64,000 bases of DNA from Mobula birostris. Taxonomy: Eukaryota. The notes below the pieces were generated by a model, which saw nothing but the letters and a program-made list of their open reading frames with translations, had not been told where the DNA came from and searched no databases. The stretch is from NCBI RefSeq assembly GCF_030028105.1, contig NC_092400.1, forward strand, positions 6,138,001-6,202,000. The letters are read 5' to 3'. Both the position numbers and the translations under genes were made by a program. Every line of letters starts with the position of its first letter. The first letter of the stretch is position 1. Positions 52,515-63,971 of this stretch are shown piece after piece.

Positions 52515-52669
52515 CAGGTTGACCTTCACTAAATCCGGCACCACTGGGACCTGAAGAGTGCCGGATTAGTGAAAATGCTGAATTCCAGAAGGATCACATT
52601 AAGCATAATCAGTGCCGGATTATTGAAAGAAACAGATTACAGGTAGTTGGATTAGTGAAGGTCGACCTG
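52515..52669. mobile_element. Tigger/pogo-like MITE
   Basis: TA then TIR caggttgaccttcactaa / ttagtgaaggtcgacctg; internal gtgccggatta subrepeats. Confidence 0.75.
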
Positions 52670-52859
52670 AAATTGAGCCCACTTGTAGCTATATATGACC
52701 AACCCACTCCTTGTAACTCAGGGACACCATAATCGCAAAATCCTTCCTAATGTGAACAAAACACACTAACAACATCTTCTTGGGCAGCAGTCACACCCTG
52801 GCCCTGTGGTCATTCCATGCACTCAACTCATCCACCTCACCCACCTTTATTGAAAATGG

Positions 52860-53200
52860 AATTGGAATTGGTTATTATTGCCTCCTGTACGTAGCTCGGT
52901 GAAAAGCTTGTCCTGCACACTGTTCATATAGATCAAATCATTACAAAGTGCATTGAGGTAAAACCATACCAGAATGCAGAATAAAGCGTAAAACAGCTAC
53001 AGAGAAAGTGCAGTGCAAGATCATAGCGAGATAGATTTTGAGGTTACAAGTCCATCTTATCATACTAGGAAACCATTCGTTAATCTTATATCAGCAGGGT
53101 AGAATCTGTCCTTCAGCCCAGTGGTATGTGCTTCCTGGGATTTCTATCTTCTGCCCAACGGAAGAAAGGTGGAAAGTGGATGTCCAGGATGGGTGGGGGA
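52860..53200 (-). mobile_element. Rex1-type 3' end fragment (related copy at 62965-63250)
   Basis: ggaattggaattgg tail reverse complement; cttgtcctgca.actgttcata.agatcaa shared by both copies. Confidence 0.7.
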
Positions 53201-53585
53201 TTTCTGCAAGATGGCGCTGGTGTGCGGCGATTTATTGCAAGCTGCTTTCTACAGATCTACTCAATACATCCCCACACCTTCAATAGGAGTTCATCTTCCC
53301 CTGGGCTTCCAGTGTAAGCTATCACTGTCTCCTAGACATCAGGAAGCTGAGCTTGTCCGGCTGTCTGTCTTCTAACTAGGACCCCTGTTAAAAAATGAAC
53401 AGTGGGCACTCTGATCAGGAATCAACAAACCATACCTCTTTGTTCTAGCTTAGAAATTCTATCAAATGAACATTGGAATCGGAGTAACTGTATCTGCTTA
53501 AGTTCTAATTCACCTGCTGGTATCTCATTGGGGTTAGAAGTGAAACTTTGACATTTGTCAATAATGTTATTAAAAAACTGAGACT

Positions 53586-54238
53586 GTGGCCACTGGGAGA
53601 TCCTGCTTTCTCTGGCGGACAGAGCGTAGGTGTTCAGCAAAGCGGTCTCCTAGTCTGCTTCGGGTCTCGCCAATATATAGAAGGCCACATCAAGAGCACC
53701 GGACACGACACATTTTAATTCCACATCCCATTCCCATTCTGACACGTCTATCCACGGCCTCCTCTACTGTAAAGATGAAGCCACACTCAGGTTGGAGGAA
53801 CAACTCCTTATATTCCGTCTGGGTAGCCTCCAACCTGATGGCATGAACATTGACTTCTCTAACTTCTGCTAATGCCCCACCTCCCCCTCGTACCCCATCC
53901 GTTATTTATTTTTATACACACATTCTTTCTCTCACTCTCCTTTTTCTCCCGCTGTCCCTCTGACTATACCCCTTGCCTATCCTCTGGGTTCCCCCCCCAC
54001 CTTTCCTTCTCCCTGGGCCTCCTGTCCCATGATCCTCTCATATCCCCTTTGCCAATCACCTGTCCAGCTCTTGGCTCCATCCCTCCCCCTCCTGTCTTCT
54101 CCTATCATTTTGGATCTCCCCTTCCCCCTCCCACTTTCAAGTCTCTTACTAACTCTTCCTTCAGTTAGTCCTGATGAAGGGTCTCGGCCTGAAACGCCGA
54201 CTGTACCTCTTCCTAGAGATGCTGCCTGGCCTGCTGTG
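53586..54238 (+). mobile_element. Penelope-like 3' part with 5' inversion (53586-53707 inverted); hammerhead motif at 54166-54203
   Basis: Inverted GIY-YIG piece joined to direct THFNSTSHSH..RLEEQLLIFRLGSLQPDGMNIDFSNF and the pLTR. Confidence 0.9.
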
Positions 54239-54250
54239 AACACAAACATA

Positions 54251-54307
54251 CACTCAGTGACCACATTATTAGGAACAGCAGGTACCTAATAAAGTGGTCA
54301 CGAAGTG
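54251..54307. mobile_element. TIR-only miniature Tc1 derivative
   Basis: cactcagtgaccacattattagg / cctaataaagtggtcacgaagtg; same TIR as 11663 and 15728. Confidence 0.75.
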
Positions 54308-55114
54308 CAGGTATGCCGACCAACTCGAATCCATCACAGATAGAAAGGCATCTACTGAAAAGGTGAGCTCAAAGCAATCTGCCGGTGTGTGTAAGATCAG
54401 GATGGGTGGCTTGTCCAGCTTGACAGGACTTTTTGAGGCCCACATTGTGTTTGCATTTCGTTTGTGTGAGGGAGCAGGTGTCTCTAGACGCATAAACTGA
54501 TATTGATATCAACTTCAGATGAAACAAAGCGGCCTGCTGCTTCAGGATCAGCAGTGATGTAGTTACATGTTTGAAAATGTTTAATTAAGGAGCAGTTCCA
54601 AGAATTGGTATTGTTTAATAACTGAATATTTATGTGCTGGCAGATAAACCATTTACTTAAGGAGAATCTTTGTAAATGTAGTTTTCAGAAAGTAATCTCA
54701 AAGGCATTTGATGTGCCAACTTATCTATTCTATTCGAGAATGATTTGAGCTTATCTTGTTTTTGCACTGGGCTCAAATTGGCAGGCAATATTCTCAGCCT
54801 GTAATGCAGAAAACTTTTCTTAGCTTCATCAGAACCATCCCCTTCACCAGTGAAGTCTCCAGACCTGGTGCTGATTTTCTCACCTCATCTTGACCTTCCA
54901 ACTGCAGTCTATGTTTTCAAAAGCGTTTCCTCCCCCTGTACAGCCCCCACAAATCCTCCCTTTCTCTCTCCCTCTAACATGTCCACTTCCTTTCCTTCAC
55001 AGTGGCAAAAAATAAAGCAGTTTTGCTTCCCCCCAGTGCAAAATGTTATGTTTATTAAGAGGGAAAAATTTAAAGAAAGACCTTATATTCATTTAGCACC
55101 CTTAACAATATTAG

Positions 55115-55715
55115 GATCATAAGACACAGGAGCTGAATTAGGCCATTTGGCCATTTAATCTGTTCCATCATTCAATCGTGGCTGATTTATTTTCCTTCTC
55201 AAGCTCATACTCCCCGTAACCTTTGACGCTGCTACTAATCAAGAACCTGTCAACTTTCGCTTGCAATATACCCAGTGACTTGGCCTTCACAGCCATCTCT
55301 GGCAATCAGATTCACCTCCTCATCTCTGTTCTAAAGGGACGCCCCTATATTCTGAGGCTGTTCCTTCCGGTCCTAGTCTCCACCACTATTGGAAACATCC
55401 TCTCCCCATCCACTTTATCTAGGCTTTTCAATATTCTATAGGCTTCAGTGAGATCCCCCCACCTCATTCTTCTAAACTCCAACAGGTACAAGCCCAGAGG
55501 CATTATGCACTTCTTATACTGTACATTAACCTTCTATTACTGGAATCATTCCTATGAGCCTCCTCTGAACCCTCTCTAATGTCAGCACATCCTTTCTCAG
55601 GTAAGGGGCCTAAAATTGCTCACAATACTACAAGTGTGGTCTGACCAATGCCTTATAAAGCCTCAGCATTGCATCCTTGTTTTTATTTTCTAGTCCTCTC
55701 AAAATGAATATTAAC
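55115..55715 (-). mobile_element. CR1 3' fragment
   Basis: Reverse complement of MLRLYKALVRPHL and TRTG..LRI.GRPFRTEMRR, plus 3'UTR. Confidence 0.88.
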
Positions 55716-55982
55716 TCTGCAGAAACTCAAAGTGTTTAAAGCATTTTGTTCTTTATAAATTCTTTTGAATAAATTCTTTATGAAGCCAAAAGAAGCAAAC
55801 TACTTTGAAATTCTGTGGATACTCAGTAGATTAGTCAGTGTATGTGGAGGGAGAAACACTGTTAACCGTTCAGATCAGATTCTTTGTTGGAATTCTGTTT
55901 TTACCTCCTCAGGTAACCCGTCAAGTATCCTTTGCATTTTCTTGTTTAATATCAGATTTCCAGCATCTTCAGGTCTCTTTTA

Positions 55983-56706
55983 CAAGTACTGGTTAATTCT
56001 GGTTAACTGGGGCACATTGGGACCAGTATATTTTGGCCCAATTAAGCAGTTGATGCAATGAACTGAATTTTCATGGAAATAGTTAAAAAGCTATAAAAAA
56101 GACAAACTACCATTGAACTGAGTAACAAATTATGTATTTAAATGGAATGCGGAATAAATTAGAACACTATCAATGCTACTATAGAACTATAAAACCATTT
56201 CAGATCCTAATAGTTATCAATGGAATCCACCCAGAGTACGATGTGTTCTTTTGTTTGACTGTAAATGAACAAAATCAGTACATATACCTAGTGTAGATAA
56301 TAGACTGTCTTCATACAATACTATCAACAATTGCATCCTCCTAATCTTCATTCTCATTGTAACATTTACGATGATTGTCAATACCTTCAAATTCTTTGTA
56401 GTTTCTAATTTTTGAAGTAGTGAAATTGTTTCATTTTCACTCCCGGCCGTTTCTGGCATCTCCAAGCCTGAATGCTTGAAAATGGAGTGAGAAAAATGAT
56501 TCTGAATGATCTTACTGATTATTTATCACCAGCTATCAGTGACAAAAATCATTGCTTTTTGAACACAAGCACACACAAATGATGTTATTTTAAAAACTGT
56601 TTGCTCCAAGCACGGTGTAGTGCTTAATGGTCACACAGGTGCATGTGTCTGACACTAGTTAGAAACTGTTTGGCACAGTCTCCTGCCTTAATTAAGCAGC
56701 AAACTG
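55983..56706 (-). mobile_element. Tigger/pogo-like non-autonomous DNA transposon
   Basis: Subterminal ggttaactggggcaca..cccaattaagcag repeats; minus relic IQNHFSHSIFKHSGLEMPETAGSENETISLLQ resembles a pogo transposase C-terminus. Confidence 0.7.
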
Positions 56707-57899
56707 TCAGAAACAAACAAAAAGCATCCCAGACCTTTTCGCAACTTTGAGAGTTGACCGGAACCCACTGTACCATGATGCCTGCTTTCCTGCTAACTGA
56801 AAGCGGTTCTGAGTTTCTCTTTAAGATGAGAACATATGTGTCTCTCTTTTAACACCCCTCTCTGACCTAGAGTATCCCAGGTCTCTCAAAAGGATTTACA
56901 ATTCATACTTGATACACAGTCAGTCACTAATCTGCCAGCCTGCCCCACTTCCTACCTACTAATATGTTCATCTGGCTTAACACCTCCTCCTCCCAGTGGG
57001 GTACAATTCTCTTTTCTGAATACTGATAGCCTCAGACTACAACTTTTCCCTCACAGCTATGAAACCTACCCCTCCTCACTGCCAGTCTCACCCAGATTGT
57101 TAAGTTTACCTTCTTTCCAGATACTACAACTTTCCTGACCCTCACCTCACTTCTGATCACCCAAAGTGCTTCCAGCTTCACACCTAGTTGCTAAGCATAC
57201 CTCTAACCATCCTCTTAACAAGTACTTTGACTAACAGTATCCCAGTTATCACTCATTGCCTGTTACCATCAACCCAGCTTTTTAGAATCTGTGCCAGCTA
57301 ACCTTTGATGCAAGTCCCCTACTGTTTGACCAGTGCTACGTCCTTCCATTTTCTGATCTGTCCCCAACACATGCCACGCATCCCCGCCCCACCTTCCATC
57401 GTTCAGACATCGTCCCTCTTTGGATCTCCCTAGTTCCAGCCCTGGAACTATGCAAATGTTTTTGAGCATCTGTGAAGGAACGGCCTTGAGTGTGCAAAGT
57501 CTTTTCAATAGTGCACAACACATTGAGCCTTGTGTCATACTGAATTTCATAACAGCAGGCCTTTGTGAAAGCATTCCTTGGGTTCATCGTGTCTTTAGAG
57601 ACATCAAATAATTTCTCAGCATGCCCTTCCCACTTAATGAACAAGTATAACACAAAGATTGCGCTCCAGCTTTCTTCAATAGAAACTTGATTGATTTTTA
57701 CTTCTGTTGATTACAATAGTGCTAATACCAGAGTTTTGGTTTGTTGTCTATTGAAGATCACGCACACCGAACTAAGAGGAGGAAAGAATTCATCTCATTG
57801 TCTGGTCAACGCTCCTTTGTCAATTAACATTAGCAACATTTCATTTATTTCACTGGTGTTCATGGGCGATTACTGGTCCAAGATGGCTGCTGGTTTCAA

Positions 57900-58280
57900 T
57901 TACTAATGTATTAATTTTGGCATGCATACCCAGAGCACATATGCAATAAACATGTGCTTTGTGCAACAACAGCACAGTACGTTGCAAACATAAATTCCAT
58001 ACCCTTGATAATATATAAATTAAAAATAAACAAAAGCCAAATGCAATGACATTAGTGTAAGTTGAGGGAGATATATTCTGAGGTAGAATTAGGGTTTTTG
58101 AGGTTGGTTTAAGAAACTGTTGGCAGTGGGGAAGAATTGGTGGATGAACCTTGAGGTGTGGGTCTTCAGGCACCTGTGCTTTCTGCTTGATGACAGTAAT
58201 GGGAAGAGGGCAATGAGAAGGTTGGGAATCCTTAATAATGAATGTATCTTCCTGAGACATCACCCCTAGTAGATATCCTC
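57900..58280 (-). mobile_element. Rex1 3' fragment
   Basis: Minus MSQEDTFIIKD..LPITVIKQKAQVPEDPHL, a frameshifted equivalent of HPSH..SGRRYR. Confidence 0.65.
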
Positions 58281-58825
58281 AGTGACTGAGGAAGCATCTA
58301 CTACTCTATTACACTCTTCGTAACACATCATTCCAAGAAATCAAATGACATGAAGCAACATCTATAGGGAATCTGGGTGTGCACTTGAGATTAGATCTGG
58401 CACGGTTGGAAGAGATAATCTTTGCCCAGGGATCTGCTAGATTGGGCAGTCTGTTCCCATGTCGTATCCTCTGTAATAAGGCTTATATATCTTTGGGAAA
58501 TTTCTCCCACTTTTTGATGGCCGGTTTCCATTGTGCTCAATCATTCTGTCAAGTTCCAGTATCAAATAAAAATTCACACGGAAAATTACTCTCTCAGAAA
58601 CTATGGAAATGATCATAACCATATGCTCTGAAAGAAAGAAGCTGTGGTTTCAGAAGGCACTGCCTTTGTGAGAAAGCAATTGAGTAAATAGGGTTTGTGT
58701 TTGAAAGCTCAAGATGGAAACCTTGTTAAAGATATTCTTGTGCATACTGAGTCTACAAAAAAACACCGTGTTTAGATAATTCCTATTTTCACTTGGTGAT
58801 GATACTGGCAAGGCCACCTGTTTTT

Positions 58826-58957
58826 TCTGATGAAAGGTCTTGGCTCAAAATGATGACTTTTTATTCCTCTCCATAGATGCTGCCTGGCCTGCTGAGTTCC
58901 TTCAGCATTTTGGGTGTGTTTCTTTGGATTTCCAGCATCTGCAAATTTTCTTGTGTC
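58826..58957 (+). mobile_element. Penelope-like 3' end with degenerate hammerhead
   Basis: ctgatgaaaggtcttggctcaaaatgatgac..gatgctgcctggcctgctgagttcc..ccagcatctgc. Confidence 0.75.
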
Positions 58958-59001
58958 CACCTATTTCTACCATGTGGAGAATGCATCAGTTTACACATTC
59001 C

Positions 59002-59572
59002 TGAGGCCTCCCATGGTCAAGGTCGGCCATGGATGTGGTGTCCAAGCTGTCTAGATACACAAGCCAGGGCAGTATGATATGGAGAGCAAGCTGTTGCCCA
59101 TGTAGCAAGCTCCCCGACTCTACACATCTCATGAACCCAAAGGAAAGGCAGAGATCAATACAGGTTGGCACCAGCAGTGTCACAGGAATTGCCAGACAGT
59201 ATTGAACTCAATGTAGGACTGTCTTAGGGATTTTCCCCTCAGAGTTAACTCCTGATGCCTTCCCCATGAGTGGTATAACTGCAAGGCACCAGAAGTTTGA
59301 GATCAGAGTTTTCCTTCTCCTACATGAGCTGCCAGCCATGGCTAAGGAGCCCCATTTGGCCAAAATGACTGGTTTTAAGGTGCCAATACGTTTGCCCCTT
59401 CTCCTGTCAGTAGAAATAGTTCTTCCGGGCTTAGTAACTAAGCCACACGTGAAGGCCAGGAGCTGGACTGGGTTGTCAGAGACTATTTGAGGTGCACGTC
59501 ACTGACAGCATTTAATAGGTAGTGGGAGCTTGTCCCCATTACCACCCCTGGCTATAATAACCTTAAAGAACC
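59002..59572 (-). mobile_element. Bipartite non-autonomous RTE-derived element (copy 2) with 9-bp TSD
   Basis: Collinear with 35777-36363; TSD acacattcc at 58993-59001 and 59573-59581. Confidence 0.82.
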
Positions 59573-60141
59573 ACACATTCCAGTATTTGCATTATTATAC
59601 AAGGAACAAAGAGTGGCCCATGATTCGGTCAAGGCAGCAACTGTTCTAAAGGAGAGTCTGCAGGTGATGTGATTTCACAACAACACTGAACATTGTCCTT
59701 TATTTTGGTAGAAGTCTCGGGGGGTGGGGGGGGAGGGGGGAACAACCTTGATGAGTTCCTGCAATTGTGCAGTGCAAGTGTATTAGTGCATCCACTGCAT
59801 AGAGACCAAATGTCCTCCAGCCTGGTTCGAGTCCCCGATTAAAGTGAAAATTGAGTTTATTGTCATATGCAGACATTTGTGTATGCACAAATGCAATGAA
59901 AAGCTTACTCACAACAGCAGCATATGAGCGGCATTTGCAAGCAAAGAACCATAAATTGAACACGATTGTACATGAAAGAACACAATGAACTGTCCAGTGC
60001 CCTTCTAAAGCAACTGACTCAACAACAAGGTAGCCCACAAAACTGTTTTACGTGAAGAGGTCACAGAGTTGGTAACAATGTGTGGAGGGCAAGGGCTGAC
60101 TGGTGATGAGCTCCCTAATGGATAGTTTCTTGCCTCTCTAG

Positions 60142-60233
60142 GAACCCAGACAATGATGTGAGGCCCTGGTGCTACATTGCTGAGCACGAAGACAGCGTGT
60201 ACTGGAAATACTGCGACATACCAACATGTCACA
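60142..60233 (+). CDS. kremen1: Internal coding exon (probably exon 3) of Kremen1, C-terminal half of the kringle domain
   Basis: Acceptor tttcttgcctctctag|G and donor CACA|gtgagt; phase 2 to phase 1. Translates (R)NPDNDVRPWCYIAEHEDSVYWKYCDIPTCH(M), matching the recalled human KREMEN1 RNPDGDVSPWCYVAEHEDGVYWKYCEIPACQM. AEHED.VYWKY favours KREMEN1 over KREMEN2 (AETEEGIYWRY). Confidence 0.93.
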
Positions 60234-60404
60234 GTGAGTAGGAGGCATGCTTGCGGGACAGGGATTGGGGCACCTCTGCGGCCATGATGTGTGTAACAGT
60301 TCATGTGTAATGACACAGAGGCAACCTGGTCACACCGCTCCCCCAGCAGGGAAGGCCCATCCACTGGGCAGGTTGGGCAGTGTACATTAATGTCTTCTTC
60401 CTGC

Positions 60405-61590
60405 ACGAGTCTAGTCGAGCTCGTTGTCATGTGCACAGTATGGTGAGGTACAGGTACAAAGAAAACCAGCATCACAAGCACGTAGGTTCAGGTGACACAC
60501 ACAGCATAAATTATATGTATATTATACAAGACAGGGAGAAGAAACTGAGCAAAACAGCACATTAGTACATAGAAAACAGTTCATTCTCGTGCAAAAGGTG
60601 GTTCTTCCTGTTCAGTTTTATGTTGTCCATGTGGGTTCAAGAACCTGATGGATGTAGGAAGGCTGGGAGACCTTTTCACTGAACACCTACGCTCTGTCTG
60701 CCAGAGAAAGCAAGATCTCCCAGTGGCTACACTTTTTAATTCCACATCCCATTCCCATTCTGATATGTCTGTCCATGGCCTCCTCTACTGTCAAGATGAA
60801 GTCACACTCAGGTTGGAGGAACACCACCTTATATTCCGTCTGGGTAGCCTCCAACCTGATGGCGTGAACATTGACTTCTCTAACTTCCATTAATGCCCCT
60901 CCTCCCCCTCGTACCCCATCCGTTATTTATTTATTTATTATTATTATTATCAGTTTTTTCTCTCTCTCTCTCCTTTTTCTCCCTCTGTCCCTCTCACTAT
61001 ACCCTTTGCCCATCCTCTGGGCTTCCCCCTCCCCCTTTCTCCCTAAGCCTCCTGTCCCATGATCCTCTCATATCCCTTTCGCCAATCAACTGTCCAGCTC
61101 TTGGCTCCATCCCTCCCCCTCCTATCCTCTCCTATCATTTTGTATCTCCCCCTCCCCCTCCCACTTTCAAATCTCTTACTAGCTCTTCTTTCAATTAGTC
61201 CTGACGAAGGGGCTCGGCCCAAAACGTTGACTGTACCTCCTCTTAGAGATGCTGCCTGGCCTGTTGCGTTCACCAGCATTTTTTATGTGTGTTGCTTGAA
61301 ATTCCAGCATCTGCAGATTTCCTCATGGATGTAGGAGGGTAGTTGTTCCTGAACCTGGTGGTGTGGGGCTCCAGTCTCCCGTGCCTCCTGCCGGGTGGTA
61401 GCAATGGGAAGAGGACATGGCCTGGAGTGTGAGGATTGCCGATGATGGATGCCACTTTCATGAGGGAGTGCTTCAACTAGATGTTGGCAATGGTTGGCAG
61501 GGCCATACCCACTACCCTCCTCGGTCTCCTGTATTCTTGTCCATTGGAAATTGCCATACCAGGCCATAACGTAGCCAGTCAGGATACTTT
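60405..61590 (-). mobile_element. Rex1 3' fragment interrupted by a Penelope element
   Basis: Minus HVLFPLLPPGRRHGRLEPHTTRFRNNYPPTS continues across the insertion. Confidence 0.8.
60660..61324 (+). mobile_element. Penelope-like 3' part (GIY-YIG C-terminus plus pLTR) with 12-bp TSD
   Basis: RLGDLFTEHLRSV..RLEEHHLIFRLGSLQPDGVNIDFSNFH; TSD atggatgtagga at 60648-60659 and 61325-61336; degenerate hammerhead at 61196-61233. Confidence 0.92.
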
Positions 61591-62230
61591 AAAGATTAAA
61601 GAAAAAAAGATGAGCTTTATTTGTCGCATGTACAATCGAAACATGCAGTGAAATGCATCAAGTTTTGTGAGGATTGTGCTGGGGGCAGCCTGCAATGTCG
61701 CCACACTTCTGGCATCAGCATAGAATGCCCACAACTTACTAACCCGGTCCCGGGGACAGGGGTGCAGTGCTAGCTGGAGCGCATCTGGCTCATCTTTAAG
61801 AAAAAAGCTGAAATAAACAAGCTAATTAATGAGGTTCTGCCCAGGGTGATTTGAGTATCTCAGAAACTACTGATCTCCTGGGATTTTTACGCACAGCAGA
61901 CTCTGGAGTTTACAAAGAATAGTGCCAAAAACAAAAAAAAAATCCAGCGAGTGGCTGTTCTGTGAGCGAAAACATCTTGTTAAATTCACTCGCTGGATGT
62001 TTTTTTGTTTTTGGCACCATTCTTTGTAAACTCCAGAGTCTGCTGTGTGTAAAAATCCCAGGTGATCAGCAGTTTCTGAGATACTCAAATCACCCTGGGC
62101 GACACCTAATTAATTAGCTTGTTTGTTTCGGCTTTTTTCTTAAAGAGGTGCCAGACGCGCTCCGGTGCGCTTCAGCTAGCACTGCACCCCTGCCCGGGGA
62201 GAACGTACAAACTCCTTACAAGAAAGCGAT
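61590..62230 (-). mobile_element. V-SINE with Rex1-like tail, hosting the hAT palindrome
   Basis: tgcccacaacttactaaccc..ggggagaacgtacaaactccttaca is the reverse complement of the SINE type at 2543. Confidence 0.7.
61757..62192. mobile_element. Palindromic hAT-type MITE with captured Tc1 fragment; 8-bp TSD
   Basis: Termini caggggtgcagtgctagctg / cagctagcactgcacccctg; TSD cccgggga at 61749-61756 and 62193-62200; arms 61757-61953 and 61987-62192. Confidence 0.88.
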
Positions 62231-63604
62231 GAGGACAACAGTGCATCAGTGGAAGTTTTCTTCTCCTAATGTGGGAGCAATATCCTTGTGGCCAGACAGA
62301 ACTGCAGTTATGCTAAATTAGAATTTGTGACTGAACTCCATTAATTCTTTATGTGTATCTGTGGAATGTGAGAGTAGTTGATAAGCCTGGCATTTTTACA
62401 TCTTTATCGGCATTGAGAAGATGGTGAGAACATCGGCACTCGATGTTGCAGTACACATAATTAGGGAGTCCCACGGTCTGGATCAGGACCAGTGAAGGGC
62501 TAAAGGTATATTCCAAATCAGGAAGGTAGGCATCAAGCCGGGCTGAGTTTATTGGAAGATGCACAAGTACAGTGAGGTACAGATACAACGACAAAATTGC
62601 TTGCAGCCGCACAATCACAGGCACATAGTTACAGTCAACACACAAAACACAAGTTATAGATAAATTATATCGGACAGTGAAGGCAAAAGTCTGCACAAAA
62701 CAAGGAAATGTAACAAAAAAACACAATTAGAGGTGTTTTCATGTGTCTGTAGCCAAGTTCATTCACACTCAGGTTCCCCTCGATGGGTTCTCAGTGTAAC
62801 CCTGGTCACTAGTGAATGGAGGCGGAGGGTTGGGAGAGAAAAAGTGAGGGTGACTGGTGGGTGGAGGGAGACAAGATGGGCACAACACACATATGTAGAT
62901 CTCATCTGTCATTTAGTAATGGTCTGGAAAGTTCAGAAGTAACCGATTAGACATTGCCAAAATTGGGACTGGAATTGGTTTACAATTGTCGCATGTACTG
63001 GGGTACAGCGAACAGCTTGTCCTGCATACTGTTCATACAGATCAATCAGTTACACAGGGCATTGTGGTAGAACAGCATTCAGCAAAAGAATACCAGAATG
63101 CAGAATAAAGTGTAACAGCAACAGAGAAAGTGCAATGAGGTTTGACAAAGCCATAACAAGGTAGACTGTGAGGTCAAGAGTCCATCTGATCACATTAAGG
63201 AACATCCAGTAGTTTTATAACAGCAGGGCCAAAGTTGTCCTCGAGCCATGGAATTAGAAATAAAAATGTTCTGGTTTTCCCTCTGCTGGAATGGGAATTA
63301 GTTTGTGAAATAGGGAAGTTGTTCTTCTTTTCATGCATTACAAAAGCATTTCATTCCTTTAGAAGTAAAGACCAAGTAGAAAAAAATCTCTTCAAACTTG
63401 CTGAGGCTGTAGGCCCCTCCTGCTGTGTGGCGTATACTGCATTTATGCATAGTTTGCACTCACTGATCTGTAATACGTAGACATTCACCACACGAACCTG
63501 GGGCGGTAATCCTCTGCGAAACAGGGTCTGATTCTTCCAGCAGGAAATGAGCTTTGCAGTGGAGAGAAGCAGCAAAATTCTGCTCTTTATCTTGTGTTGT
63601 TAGG

Positions 63605-63965
63605 GCTGAATCAGTTCCAGGAGAGCACTCATCACCCCGCTACAGGAAGGATGCGAAGGCTTTGGCGAGCATTCAGAAGTTTACCAGGATGCTACCTGGA
63701 TTAGAGGGTATTAGCTATAAGGACAGTTTGGATACACATGGGTTGCTTTTTTTTTTCTGGAAGATCGTGGCTAAAAGGAGACCTGATAGAAGTGTATAAA
63801 ATTATGCAAGGAAAAGGTAGAATAGACAATCAGAATCCTTTTCCTGGTGTTCAAAGGTAAACAGTACAGTGCATAGCTTTAAGCTGAGGGGGGGAAGTTT
63901 AAAGTGGATGAGTAAGGCTGTTCTATTTACAGAGTGTAGTAGGTGCCTGGAACGCACTGCCTGGC
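63605..63965 (+). mobile_element. CR1 3' fragment
   Basis: SPRYRKDAKALASIQ.KFTRMLPGLEGISYK..DLIEVYKIM..GAWNALP. Confidence 0.85.
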
Positions 63966-63971
63966 ATCTAT

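Noticed and set aside
59401-59470. Twister ribozyme in the RTE-derived element
   Set aside because: It has AAGCCCGG and a CUCC/GGAG pairing but lacks the UAA cleavage loop and the GUCCC pseudoknot strand.
59719-59740. G-run tract as a G-quadruplex regulator near the exon
   Set aside because: It is a simple low-complexity tract with no further support.
59780-59838. B-box GGTTCGAGTCC as a possible tRNA gene
   Set aside because: No cloverleaf can be formed; at most a decayed SINE head.
60005-60481. 158-aa minus-strand ORF
   Set aside because: It is the antisense shadow of the kremen1 exon plus repeat sequence.
24301-61324. Inverted PLE pair flanking the exon as a circRNA driver
   Set aside because: The copies are about 36 kb apart, and the upstream copy would preferentially pair with its own adjacent inverted arm.
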